A DNA stretch of 64,000 nucleotides from Ascoidea asiatica JCM 7603 (Eukaryota; Fungi; Ascomycota), in assembly GCA_001600695.1 (NCBI GenBank), contig BCKQ01000016.1, positions 117,151 through 181,150 on the forward strand. Reading direction: 5' to 3'. Below are positions 47,388-57,599 of this stretch, piece by piece; within the stretch, counting starts at the first letter, position 1, and the number at the start of each line of letters is the position of its first letter. A program made the translations under genes and the position numbers. The notes beneath the pieces were generated by a model that worked only from the letters and a program-made list of their open reading frames with translations, did no database searches and was not told the origin of the DNA.

Positions 47388-49403
47388 ATGACTGAAGTGC
47401 AAAATCATCCAAAGAGGTCTTTGGTGCATGGAAATAGCATAGCTTCTAAAAAAAGAAAAACAATTCACTTTGGATTTGATCCAAGATATCGTTTTAGTTA
47501 TATGCATAAATCTCCAATAGTATCTATAATATCTATTAAAAACTCATTGGGAGATATTATTATTATTACAAGTTCAATTGATGGAGCAATCAAATTCTGG
47601 AAAAAGAATTCAAATTCTGGTGGTTCACTTGAATTTATTAAAGAATTTAGATCAAATGATAAAAGTCCATGTTTAGTTGAGAATATTTCACATTCTGCAA
47701 ATAAGTATTTTTTATCGTTTACTAAAGATTCTAAGAAAATTAAAATATTTGATGTTGATTTATTGGATGTAATTAATATTTTTGAATTGGATTGCCTACC
47801 GGGGGTAGTTTGTTGGTCTAGTTATATGAATTCATTAAATTTGATAGTAACAGATAGTCTTAGCAGTGATATATATATAATAGATCCATTTTCTGATAAT
47901 AAAAATGGTTTTGAATCAGCTAAAGAAAATAAAGATGAAATAAATGATATTGATATAGATATTGATGAAAATCTCGATGATTTGGAGAAAAATCCTGAGG
48001 ATGATGATAAAGATGATGATGAAGATGATGGTAGTGATTTTAAATCTCTCAATAAGGAAAAAAAATATAATCATTATTTATATAAAACCAATTCCATTCA
48101 TAAAAATCCAATAATATGTTTGAGTTATAATAAAAAATATGAATTTGTAATATCTTGTGATTCAAAAGGGGATATAGAATATTGGATACCAAATCAATCT
48201 TTTGATAAACCAACAAATACTACTTTTAAACTTAAATCAGAAACAAATTTATTTGAATTTAAAAAATCAAATTCAATACCAGCTGTTATAAAATTTTCAC
48301 ATGATTTCAAGAAATTTGTAATTATTTCATTTCCAGATAATATAATTAGAATTTTTAAAACCAGTAGTGGAAAATTAATTAATAAATATGATGAATCTGT
48401 TAAAGCTTCAATAAAAAGTTATGAAATGAATAAAAGTAAAATGGAAAAACAAAAAAAACAAAAAAACCTGAAAAGTTTTGGACCAAAAGATGAAATTATT
48501 TTCAATAATAAAATAAGTTTTGAAAAAGAACTAAGTCATAAAGAAAATATTAATATAAATATTGGAATATTATTTGATAAATCTGATTCATTTATAATAT
48601 ATCCATCAATGAATGGAATTAAATTTTTAAACTTAACAACCAATAAATTAAAAACTCTTGGAAAAGATGATGTAAATGAATATTCAGAAACTGAGATTAA
48701 TACTCTTCGATTTTTTAATTTATGTTTAAATGAAGATGAAGAATTTCCAAATAATTCATTATTATTAGCAAGTTGTTATACAAATAACAGATTTTATATT
48801 TTTAATAATATTGAAAAAGAAAAAAGGGAAAACTTTGATGATTATAAAAATGAAAGAGATATTCAAAATGAAGAAGATGAACTTAAATTAATTGATAAAG
48901 GAAAATCATTGAATTATAAACTTAAATATAGAGGGTCTAATGTAACATTACATACTACAAATGGTGATATTCAATTAAAATTATATCCAGAATATGCTCC
49001 ACTTGCAGTTGAAAATTTTCTTACACATTGTTCAGAAAATTATTATGATAATATTATATTTCATAGAGTTATTCCAAAATTTATGATTCAAACTGGAGAT
49101 CCAAAAGGAGATGGAACTGGTGGTGAAAGTATTTGGAAGAAATATTTTCCAGATGAATTTAATGAAAATACAAATTTTAATAAACCATTTATGTTAGCAA
49201 TGGCTAATTCTGGAGAAAATACAAATGCATCTCAATTTTTTATTACTACTGGAAAAGCAGAATGGCTAAATAATAAACATACAATATTTGGAGAAGTTAT
49301 TAATGGATTTGATGTAATAAAAGCTATAGAAATGACAAAAGTTGATGAACATGATATGCCAGAGGATCCTCCAGTAATAATAGCGACAACAGTTGAAACA
49401 TAA
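47388..49403 (+). CDS. WD40-repeat cyclophilin (PPWD1/Cyp15-like spliceosomal PPIase)
   Basis: RYRFSYMHK, SIDGAIKFWKK, IEYW and KSETNLFEF WD motifs; cyclophilin motifs FHRVIPKFMIQTGDP, NASQFFIT and WLNNKHTIFG. First ATG at 47388. Confidence 0.93.
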   Translation: MTEVQNHPKRSLVHGNSIASKKRKTIHFGFDPRYRFSYMHKSPIVSIISIKNSLGDIIIITSSIDGAIKFWKKNSNSGGSLEFIKEFRSNDKSPCLVENISHSANKYFLSFTKDSKKIKIFDVDLLDVINIFELDCLPGVVCWSSYMNSLNLIVTDSLSSDIYIIDPFSDNKNGFESAKENKDEINDIDIDIDENLDDLEKNPEDDDKDDDEDDGSDFKSLNKEKKYNHYLYKTNSIHKNPIICLSYNKKYEFVISCDSKGDIEYWIPNQSFDKPTNTTFKLKSETNLFEFKKSNSIPAVIKFSHDFKKFVIISFPDNIIRIFKTSSGKLINKYDESVKASIKSYEMNKSKMEKQKKQKNLKSFGPKDEIIFNNKISFEKELSHKENININIGILFDKSDSFIIYPSMNGIKFLNLTTNKLKTLGKDDVNEYSETEINTLRFFNLCLNEDEEFPNNSLLLASCYTNNRFYIFNNIEKEKRENFDDYKNERDIQNEEDELKLIDKGKSLNYKLKYRGSNVTLHTTNGDIQLKLYPEYAPLAVENFLTHCSENYYDNIIFHRVIPKFMIQTGDPKGDGTGGESIWKKYFPDEFNENTNFNKPFMLAMANSGENTNASQFFITTGKAEWLNNKHTIFGEVINGFDVIKAIEMTKVDEHDMPEDPPVIIATTVET

Positions 49404-49425
49404 ATTTTTTTTTTGATTATATTAA

Positions 49426-50580
49426 TTATTTATTGAATTTTAATAAAATTTGAATCATTTCTTTTAAATTTATATAAACTATTTGATTCTGAAAATTATC
49501 ATTTTTAAAATCACTGTCAATAGTTGATTGAGAAATAATTGAACAAAAAACTTGATTATTTAGTTTAGATAAATTTATATTATAATCTAATTTTTGATTA
49601 TCTTTATATAAACTTATATTATTTATCCAATTAACTTTATTATTATTTAATAAGATTTGAATATCTTTTAAATCATTAAATTTAAAATTATAATTAGATA
49701 AATTTATATCAATTAAACCAGTACCTAAACATTTTGATAAACTTTCTTTTAAAGACCAATAAATTGATAATATTTGTTGATCTAAATTAATAATTTTATG
49801 TTGATTGATTTTATTATTTTTGATAATAGAATTAATTAAATTGAATTCATCAGGATGAAAAATATCTTTAAATTCTTCAATTAAATCTGAGTTTATATCA
49901 AAATTTAAAGTAAGGGAATCCCTATTACTTTTTTTCAAGGATATATCATTGATATCAGCCAAATCTATTCCAATTTGATTATTTGAATCATTCAATACAA
50001 GAGAAGTTAAATTGATGTCATTATAATTATAATTACAATTATGAAAAGATTTATTGGAATAATTTAAGAGATATGAATTTGATTGATTAAAATTATATTG
50101 AATTAAATTAGAATATGGTTTACCATTAAAACCATTTTCAATTGAATTTTTAATTAAATTTAAATCAATTTTTTTATTAATTATTTCATTAGTTGAGAAA
50201 TTAGAAGAATCTAAGTAAAGTAATAATATTATAAATATGTTTAATAAATTATTAGATAATCGATTGATTTTAATTTTAAAATTTTTAATTGAATTGATTT
50301 TATTTTGTTTGATATAAGATAATAAACTTAAAGAAATTTGAAAATTGAATTCATTTAAATAAAAAATATAGTTTTTATTACCATTATTATTTAAAGTAGT
50401 AAATTGATTTCCTAAATTTGAAAGATCAATTAGAAATAGAAATTTCCTTGGATTTAATCTAAAGTCTTTAATCAAGTTTAAATATTTCTTCAATAGAATT
50501 AAATATTCAGAATCAGAAAGTTCATTTAAATCATAGTCTTCACTATTAGCATTCTGATCATTATCACTTGTCTGATTCAT
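49426..50580 (-). CDS. LYS5: Sfp-type 4'-phosphopantetheinyl transferase (activates alpha-aminoadipate reductase)
   Basis: NGKPY, IGIDL and YWSLKESLSKCLGTGL PPTase motifs. First ATG at 50580 (the ORF track uses an upstream TTG). Confidence 0.85.
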   Translation of the reverse strand: MNQTSDNDQNANSEDYDLNELSDSEYLILLKKYLNLIKDFRLNPRKFLFLIDLSNLGNQFTTLNNNGNKNYIFYLNEFNFQISLSLLSYIKQNKINSIKNFKIKINRLSNNLLNIFIILLLYLDSSNFSTNEIINKKIDLNLIKNSIENGFNGKPYSNLIQYNFNQSNSYLLNYSNKSFHNCNYNYNDINLTSLVLNDSNNQIGIDLADINDISLKKSNRDSLTLNFDINSDLIEEFKDIFHPDEFNLINSIIKNNKINQHKIINLDQQILSIYWSLKESLSKCLGTGLIDINLSNYNFKFNDLKDIQILLNNNKVNWINNISLYKDNQKLDYNINLSKLNNQVFCSIISQSTIDSDFKNDNFQNQIVYINLKEMIQILLKFNK

Positions 50581-51265
50581 AATTATAGAATTGTTATTGA
50601 TCCTAATAATTTCATTTTGATTGGCATTGATAATAAAAGAAATACTGAATTTGTATTTCAAACGTTTATTTTCTTTCAGGAAGCGAAATAACTTTAAATT
50701 CAAATCTAAATAAAAGTAATTACCACTGGGATGGTATTAATGCATGTGTTGCATTAACACACTGAATCCAATTTTATGGGTCTAATGCATACTCCGCGCT
50801 CCTACACATAACATTACATTAAACCCACAGATGTGGATATATGCATTACTCTGTCTATTTTACCTTTTTTAACATCAAATCACGCTGTCCCACCTGCACT
50901 AACACTGTTTCACCTTTGCCCGCCTCTCGGAAACAGTCGGAAAACAGCCGGGAAACAGCCGTCCGAACGGGCCAAAGTCGTTTTGTGGAGGGGACCAGGC
51001 CTGGAGACGAGTGACGCTGTTGCTGCCAGTGCTGGATTTGGTGCTTTTGCTTCTGTTCAAAGGAGAGTTTTGCAAATGATAAAGAGACTGAAACTCTTAC
51101 AGATAAGAAAGAAAGATGGGTGAATAATTGAATTGAGTTGGTATTGGAATTGGAATTGATAATGAAGTGATAATGAAATGATATAAATTGGGAAAATAGT
51201 TCTATAATTAATGATTATATTCTTCATTTCTTCATTGAGTGATTGGATTATTTTGGAAAATAAAA

Positions 51266-52696
51266 ATGGTGGATGATAATATAGATTATTTTGATGAAAA
51301 CAGATATAGAAACAATGAAGAAGAAGTAGTTTTTGAAACTGTTAACAGTGTTAAGATTATAACATTGAATAGACCAAAGAAATTAAATTCGTTAAATTTT
51401 AATATTATTGAGAAGTTATTAACAAATTTAATTAAATTTGAAAATGATAATAAAGTTAAATTTATAATTATTAAATCATGTAATCCAAAGTTTTTTTGTT
51501 CAGGTGGTGATATAGTTGAAGTTATCAGGAATACAAATTCCAAAGATGAAAAAATTAAATTTAAATCATTTAAATATTTTCAAAATGAATATACATTAAA
51601 TTATTTATTAACAATTTATTCAAAACCAATAATAAATTTTATTAATGGAATTATTATGGGTGGTGGAATTGGTATTACTTCCCATAATTCTTTTAGGATA
51701 TTTAGTGATTTTACAAAATTTCAAATGCCAGAAATTAAAATTGGTTTTTTCACAGATATTGGAATTTTTTTTAATTTTAAAAATAATAAAAGTTTAATTT
51801 TTGAGAAAAAAAATTTTTCAAATTTTTTATTATTATTTAATGAACCAATTATTGGTGCTTTAGATAATTTAATTTTAGGTAATGCAACACATTTTATTAA
51901 ATCTGAAAATTTTAATAATGTAATTAATCAATTAATTAATATATATAATGAAAATGTCGACAATGATGATGAGGATGATGATGAGGATTGCATTTATAAT
52001 AAAATTAATAAAATTTTAAATAAATTTAATGAAAAAATTCCAAAAAATTATAAATGTTCATTTAATTTTAAAGAAATTGAAAATTTATTCAATTTTAAAA
52101 ATTATAAGAATTTCATTGAATTTTTAAATAATTTAAATGAAAATTATTTAAATAAATTAAATTTAATAGATAATTCCAAATTTTCAATAATTTTAATGTT
52201 TTATTTAATAAAAAACTTTGATGAATTAAAAAATTCAATTAAAAACTTCAATTCAAGTTATGAAATTCTTAAAAGAGATTTAATTTTATCACAAATTTTT
52301 TTAAAAAATCTAAAATTAAATGATTTTAATGAAATTATTAATAAAAAATTTATATTTAAATTAAAAGATTTTAATAATTATAATTTAATTTATAAAAATT
52401 TTAATGAATTTAATTTAAAAGATTTTGAAATATATTTAAATTATAACTTAAATGATTTGGATATTCCTTTTAGAGAATTGAATTATAATAATCAAATTGT
52501 TCAAAAAAATATTTATAATTATAAATATAACTTTAATTTACCTTCGGATAAAGATATTGAAGCAGTTATGAAAAGTTATAATTTATATTCAAATACATGT
52601 GAATCAAGAGGTGATTTGATTTCTGAAATTGCCAGTCATTTACCAGAAAACACAAACAACTCCTGGAAGATTAATGATTATTTATCCAGGAAATGA
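51266..52696 (+). CDS. Second, divergent 3-hydroxyisobutyryl-CoA hydrolase (Ehd3-like paralogue)
   Basis: ITLNRPKKLNSL, FCSGGDI, MGGGIG, FQMPEIKIGFFTDIG and LGNATHF are shared with the gene at 10452-12080. The N-terminus is acidic. First ATG at 51266. Confidence 0.88.
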   Translation: MVDDNIDYFDENRYRNNEEEVVFETVNSVKIITLNRPKKLNSLNFNIIEKLLTNLIKFENDNKVKFIIIKSCNPKFFCSGGDIVEVIRNTNSKDEKIKFKSFKYFQNEYTLNYLLTIYSKPIINFINGIIMGGGIGITSHNSFRIFSDFTKFQMPEIKIGFFTDIGIFFNFKNNKSLIFEKKNFSNFLLLFNEPIIGALDNLILGNATHFIKSENFNNVINQLINIYNENVDNDDEDDDEDCIYNKINKILNKFNEKIPKNYKCSFNFKEIENLFNFKNYKNFIEFLNNLNENYLNKLNLIDNSKFSIILMFYLIKNFDELKNSIKNFNSSYEILKRDLILSQIFLKNLKLNDFNEIINKKFIFKLKDFNNYNLIYKNFNEFNLKDFEIYLNYNLNDLDIPFRELNYNNQIVQKNIYNYKYNFNLPSDKDIEAVMKSYNLYSNTCESRGDLISEIASHLPENTNNSWKINDYLSRK

Positions 52697-53229
52697 TACA
52701 ATAAATAATAAATAATAAATAAACAATAAATATTCTGTAAATAAATGAGTATATATACAAATTAAGGTAGAAATGAGACCAGGGCAGCGGGACTGCTTCT
52801 CCTCCGGAACAAACCTCCCCGGAACAACTCTCCGGAACGCCGCCGGCTGCAGCAGGTGATTACTCAGCAGATCTCGGAGATAAAAACGAGCACGAGCAAC
52901 GGGAAAGGAGATAAAACTCAATGGCTGCTGACAGCACAAAAATAGCAAATAAAAAGTATATGGAAATGACAAATTGTTGGAATACTCCTTGGAATACTCC
53001 TTGGAATATTCCTTGGCTATTACGACATTATATAAAGAGCTCGAATATTGTTATTATTCTTATTCTTTTAAATTGTTCATTTTATTCAAGTCAATTTAAC
53101 TAAATTCAAGTCAATTCGATTCTATTTAACTTATTTTAAGTCTTTATTCAAGTCTTTATTCAAATCAAGTATCTCAATTATCTCAATTATCTCAATTATC
53201 TCAATTATCTTCATATATTATTTTACAAT

Positions 53230-54186
53230 ATGTCTTCAACTTTAGGAAAAGACTATCTTATTTTACCAGGAACTAAAGATAAAATTCCTGCAATTGGTTT
53301 TGGTACCGGAACTAAATGGTTTAAATATGGTAAAGATGAAATTGATGAAAAATTAATGAATTCAATTATTAAAGCTGTTGATTCAGGTTTTAGACATCTT
53401 GATGGTGCAGAATGTTATAATACTGATATTGAAATTGGTAATTCAATTAAATTATTATTAACAAATGATCATTTAAATAGATCTGATTTATTTATTACAA
53501 ATAAATATTTTGCAGGTGATTCAACTTTTACAAATAAATCAACTGATAAAAATCCATATGAACAAATTAAAAATTCTTTAAATAAAACTGGTTTAAAATT
53601 TTATGATTTATATCTTTTACATTCTCCTTATATTACTGAAAAATCGCATGGTTTTAATGTTAATCAAGCTTGGAATTATTTAATTCAAGCTAAAAATGAA
53701 GGTTTAGTTAAAAATATTGGTGTTTCAAATTTCACAATTGATGATTTAAAAAAAATTATGGATGATGATTCAATTAAATTTAAACCACAAGTTAATCAAA
53801 TTGAATTTAATGTTTATTTACAAAATCAAACTCCTGGAATTGTAAAATATTGTCAAGATAATAATATTTTAATTGAAGCTTATTCTCCTTTAGCTCCTTT
53901 ATATAAATTATCTGATTATGATAAAAAATTTGATAAATTATTACCATATTTGGATCAATTATCTAAAAAATATAATAAATCTCAAACTCAATTATTATTA
54001 AAATGGGTTATTCAAAATAATATTGTACCAATTACAACAACTTCAAATGATAAAAGAGCTTTAGAAATGAATGAAATCTTTGATTTTGAATTAACTAATG
54101 AAGAGTTTAATCAAATTAAATCTTTTGGTACTAATAAACATTTACGTCAATATTGGATTCCAGAATATTCCAAATATGATAAATAA
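53230..54186 (+). CDS. Aldo-keto reductase (YDL124W / conjugated polyketone reductase-like)
   Basis: IPAIGFGTGTKW, HLDGAECY, LFITNK, DLYLLHSP, IGVSNF, VNQIEF and EAYSPL. Confidence 0.93.
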   Translation: MSSTLGKDYLILPGTKDKIPAIGFGTGTKWFKYGKDEIDEKLMNSIIKAVDSGFRHLDGAECYNTDIEIGNSIKLLLTNDHLNRSDLFITNKYFAGDSTFTNKSTDKNPYEQIKNSLNKTGLKFYDLYLLHSPYITEKSHGFNVNQAWNYLIQAKNEGLVKNIGVSNFTIDDLKKIMDDDSIKFKPQVNQIEFNVYLQNQTPGIVKYCQDNNILIEAYSPLAPLYKLSDYDKKFDKLLPYLDQLSKKYNKSQTQLLLKWVIQNNIVPITTTSNDKRALEMNEIFDFELTNEEFNQIKSFGTNKHLRQYWIPEYSKYDK

Positions 54187-54711
54187 ATAAATAAATAAAT
54201 AATTAAATTATTTTATAACAATTACAATAAATTGTAAACACATGGGGTTAATTTAACTCCATTTTCTAACTTTATTTAACTTTATTTTGCTACTTTATAA
54301 TAATAAAAAACTATATTAAACTTAAATATATAGTAATTGTATTGAATAGTAAATATAAAAAAAAAAAACATATTTGTAGAGGAGAACATTGATCAATGAA
54401 AATTAAAAGGATATATTTATTATATAATACAGTAAATTTTATGAAATAAGAAAAAAAATATGAAACAAATGAAAAAGATAAAAACAAAACAACTCAAAAA
54501 AAAAAAAAAAATGACTTAAAAAAAAAATTAAATGTACAGCATAAGTAGCAAAATATTAATAATATAAAATAGGAATAAAATGAGGAGGCATAAAGAATAA
54601 AAAAAGAAAAAAAAATTTAGATAAATAAAAATATTGTTATAAATGAATAACATATTAAATGGAACAAGGATAAAAAAAATAATGAAATAATAAAAGAAAA
54701 TTTAAAAAAAT

Positions 54712-57420
54712 TCACACACTTATCCAACGAGGATTTGCCCACCCTTTAACGGTAAACTGAACATTGTTTTTCATCATACCACATGCTTTGAAATCATTTA
54801 TGTCTTCATTATTTGAATCTAAACTTATATTATTATATAATGCATTAGTTTTCTCATTAATAATTTCATTTTTCTTATTTATACTTGAATCAAAATTAAT
54901 TAAATTTTTTTTGAAATCTTCATCATATTTAATCCATGGAATCATCCCATTACTTGTTCTTCTATTATTAAAAAACCTATCTTCTTTTTCTTCTTCCACT
55001 TCAATTGTTTGTTGATTTGATTCTAATTTTGAATCCAACTTTTCATTAATAATTTCATTCTTTACATTTCCAATAAATATATATTTATTTTTATATTCAT
55101 AATTAGGGATATCATTTCTAGGTGGTAATTTCATTAACTTCCATAATTTATTATATGCAGTTAAAGCTAAACTATGTTTTTCATTCAAAGAATTATTATT
55201 ATCCAAGTCATTATTAATATTTTTATTCTCAATAATTTGAAAAAAATCTTCACTCAAAAAATTTGGTATTAAATCCTTACATATAGCAGTATATTCATTT
55301 GCATAAATTCTTAAAAATGCTGGATTTCTTCTATAAGATCTAGATTTAGTTAACATATATAAAACTTCAGTTGTCTTAGGAGAAGATGAAGATGAAGATA
55401 AGGATGATGATGATGATGGTGATGATGTTAAATTAGTACTGTTATCATTTGAATTGTTATCTTTTTCTTTAGATACACCTCCAAATGGAATTTTATAAAC
55501 TCCAAAAGTTTTTAATTGAACATCTTTTTTTCTAATATTGTTATTATTATTAATTTTATTAATACTATTGTTAGATCTTGAAAGAGTTGATAAATTTAGA
55601 TGAGAAGGATTAATTGGGGGATAAGATAAATTAAAAACAGCTCTATCATCAGTCATTCTAGGAGTAAAAGTAAAAGAAGAAGCAGCAGCTAGAATTATAT
55701 CATTTTTGATTAAAATTGAAGAAGTTGCAACTTTTTTTAGATTTTTAAAAGATTTTGTTAAATTAGATACAAAACTTTTTCTTTTTTTCAAGGATTTGGA
55801 ATTTTTCAAAGATCTTTTGAAAGTTTTATTAAAATTGAAATTAAAATCTATGTCATCATTTTCATTGCTATTAATATTATCATTATTGTTGTTATTGATT
55901 GAACTAGTTGATAATAAAAGAGAATTTTTGAAACTTGAAGTTGAAAAAGATGGTTTTATTATAATATTATCATTGAGAGAAGTTGTTGAAGATGAAGTTA
56001 AATTTAAGTTTGTAGGAAATGAATTTTTAGTTAGATTATTATTGTGATAATTAACTTGATTTATTATTTGATTATTATTGGTATTGGAATTATTATTATT
56101 AATGTTAATGTTGAATAAAGTAGAAGCTTTGAAACTTAATTGAGAGTCATTATCATTATCATTATCATCGTCATTGTTATTGTCATTGTCATTAATATTT
56201 GTATTGGTAATAGTATTGTGGTTATCGGTATCAATATCCGTGAGATCATTATTGTGAAAATGAGAATTATTTGTAATTTTATTTTTAAGATTATTAATAT
56301 ATTTTTCTTTAACAGTAATATTATTATTGTTATTATCGGATAAAGGATGAGAATCAATTGATTTTACATGAATTAAATTTGAATTTGAAGTTGAACTTAA
56401 ATTTAATGAGGAATATGGAGAATATAATGGATCGGAGGAATATCTTAAAGAGTTAGTTAAAGAAGAATAATTATTCAAATTATTATTTAAGTTATTATTA
56501 TTATTATTATTATTATAATTTAAATGATTTTTGATAGGAGAATTTGAAGAATAAGAATAAGAATAAGAATTTGAGTTTAAGTTTGAGTGTAAATTTGTAT
56601 AAGAATATGAATATGAAGAAGATGAAGATGAAGATTCTAAATTTGATTTTGAAATTGAATTAGAAAGTAAATTTGAATTATTTAAATTTGAATATGATAA
56701 ACCAGATCTTTTTGCTGATAATATTGAAGCTAAAGAAGGAGTTGCGAAAGAGGTAGCAATAGTATTTATACTATTAGTACTTAAATTATTATTATTATTA
56801 TTGTTGTTGTTGTTGTTATTTGAATCAAAATTTGAAGAAATATCAGATAATATGTAATTATTATTATTATTATTAGTAGTGTTATTTATATTAATATTAG
56901 GTATTGGATCATAAATGAAAGAATTTTTATTATTATAGGAAGTTAAAGAGGTTGAAATTGAATTTAAAGAAGAATTTGAAGATATTAAAGAGTTTGAAAG
57001 TGATTCATTATTATCTACATCAACATCAACATCGACATCATTAGAAATTTCATTATTAGTTTCGTTATTATTATTAAGTTGTTTTGATTGTTTGATAGTT
57101 GATTGAGAAGATAAATTAGATAATTGTTTAATTAACTTATTTGAATATTTATTAAGATAAGTTATATTATTATTGTTATTTTTATTATTATTATTATTGG
57201 TGTTGGTATTTTTATTTATTGAATTAGATTGAATTGTATTTGGAATTGGAATATATTTTGAATTACAATTTGAAGTTGAAAGAGATGTTGAAATTGTTGG
57301 ATTTGAATAATGTATAAAATTCATATTATTAAATTCAAGTGAAGAGTTTTGATTATTTATTGAGATTTTATTAAGAGATGAATCTGGGTTCAAATATATA
57401 TTATAATCTAACATAATCAT
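54712..57420 (-). CDS. Asn/Ser-rich protein of unknown function with conserved-looking C-terminal motifs
   Basis: 902-aa ORF, mostly low complexity. Islands FIYDP, FTPRMTDD, RSYRRNPAFLRIYANE, KLPPRND, IPW and QFTVKGWANPRW look like family motifs, but no name could be assigned. Confidence 0.75.
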   Translation of the reverse strand: MIMLDYNIYLNPDSSLNKISINNQNSSLEFNNMNFIHYSNPTISTSLSTSNCNSKYIPIPNTIQSNSINKNTNTNNNNNKNNNNNITYLNKYSNKLIKQLSNLSSQSTIKQSKQLNNNNETNNEISNDVDVDVDVDNNESLSNSLISSNSSLNSISTSLTSYNNKNSFIYDPIPNININNTTNNNNNNYILSDISSNFDSNNNNNNNNNNNNLSTNSINTIATSFATPSLASILSAKRSGLSYSNLNNSNLLSNSISKSNLESSSSSSSYSYSYTNLHSNLNSNSYSYSYSSNSPIKNHLNYNNNNNNNNLNNNLNNYSSLTNSLRYSSDPLYSPYSSLNLSSTSNSNLIHVKSIDSHPLSDNNNNNITVKEKYINNLKNKITNNSHFHNNDLTDIDTDNHNTITNTNINDNDNNNDDDNDNDNDSQLSFKASTLFNININNNNSNTNNNQIINQVNYHNNNLTKNSFPTNLNLTSSSTTSLNDNIIIKPSFSTSSFKNSLLLSTSSINNNNNDNINSNENDDIDFNFNFNKTFKRSLKNSKSLKKRKSFVSNLTKSFKNLKKVATSSILIKNDIILAAASSFTFTPRMTDDRAVFNLSYPPINPSHLNLSTLSRSNNSINKINNNNNIRKKDVQLKTFGVYKIPFGGVSKEKDNNSNDNSTNLTSSPSSSSSLSSSSSSPKTTEVLYMLTKSRSYRRNPAFLRIYANEYTAICKDLIPNFLSEDFFQIIENKNINNDLDNNNSLNEKHSLALTAYNKLWKLMKLPPRNDIPNYEYKNKYIFIGNVKNEIINEKLDSKLESNQQTIEVEEEKEDRFFNNRRTSNGMIPWIKYDEDFKKNLINFDSSINKKNEIINEKTNALYNNISLDSNNEDINDFKACGMMKNNVQFTVKGWANPRWISV

Positions 57421-57568
57421 ATTAATATACTGTATAATTTAATAATGTATATATAATAGAATAGTAAAATTTTAAAAATCAAAAAAAAAAATAAATAATT
57501 ATCATAATAATATTGATTTATATTGATATTGATATTAATTAATATTGATATATTATTATATATATAGA

Positions 57569-57599
<31 letters not shown>

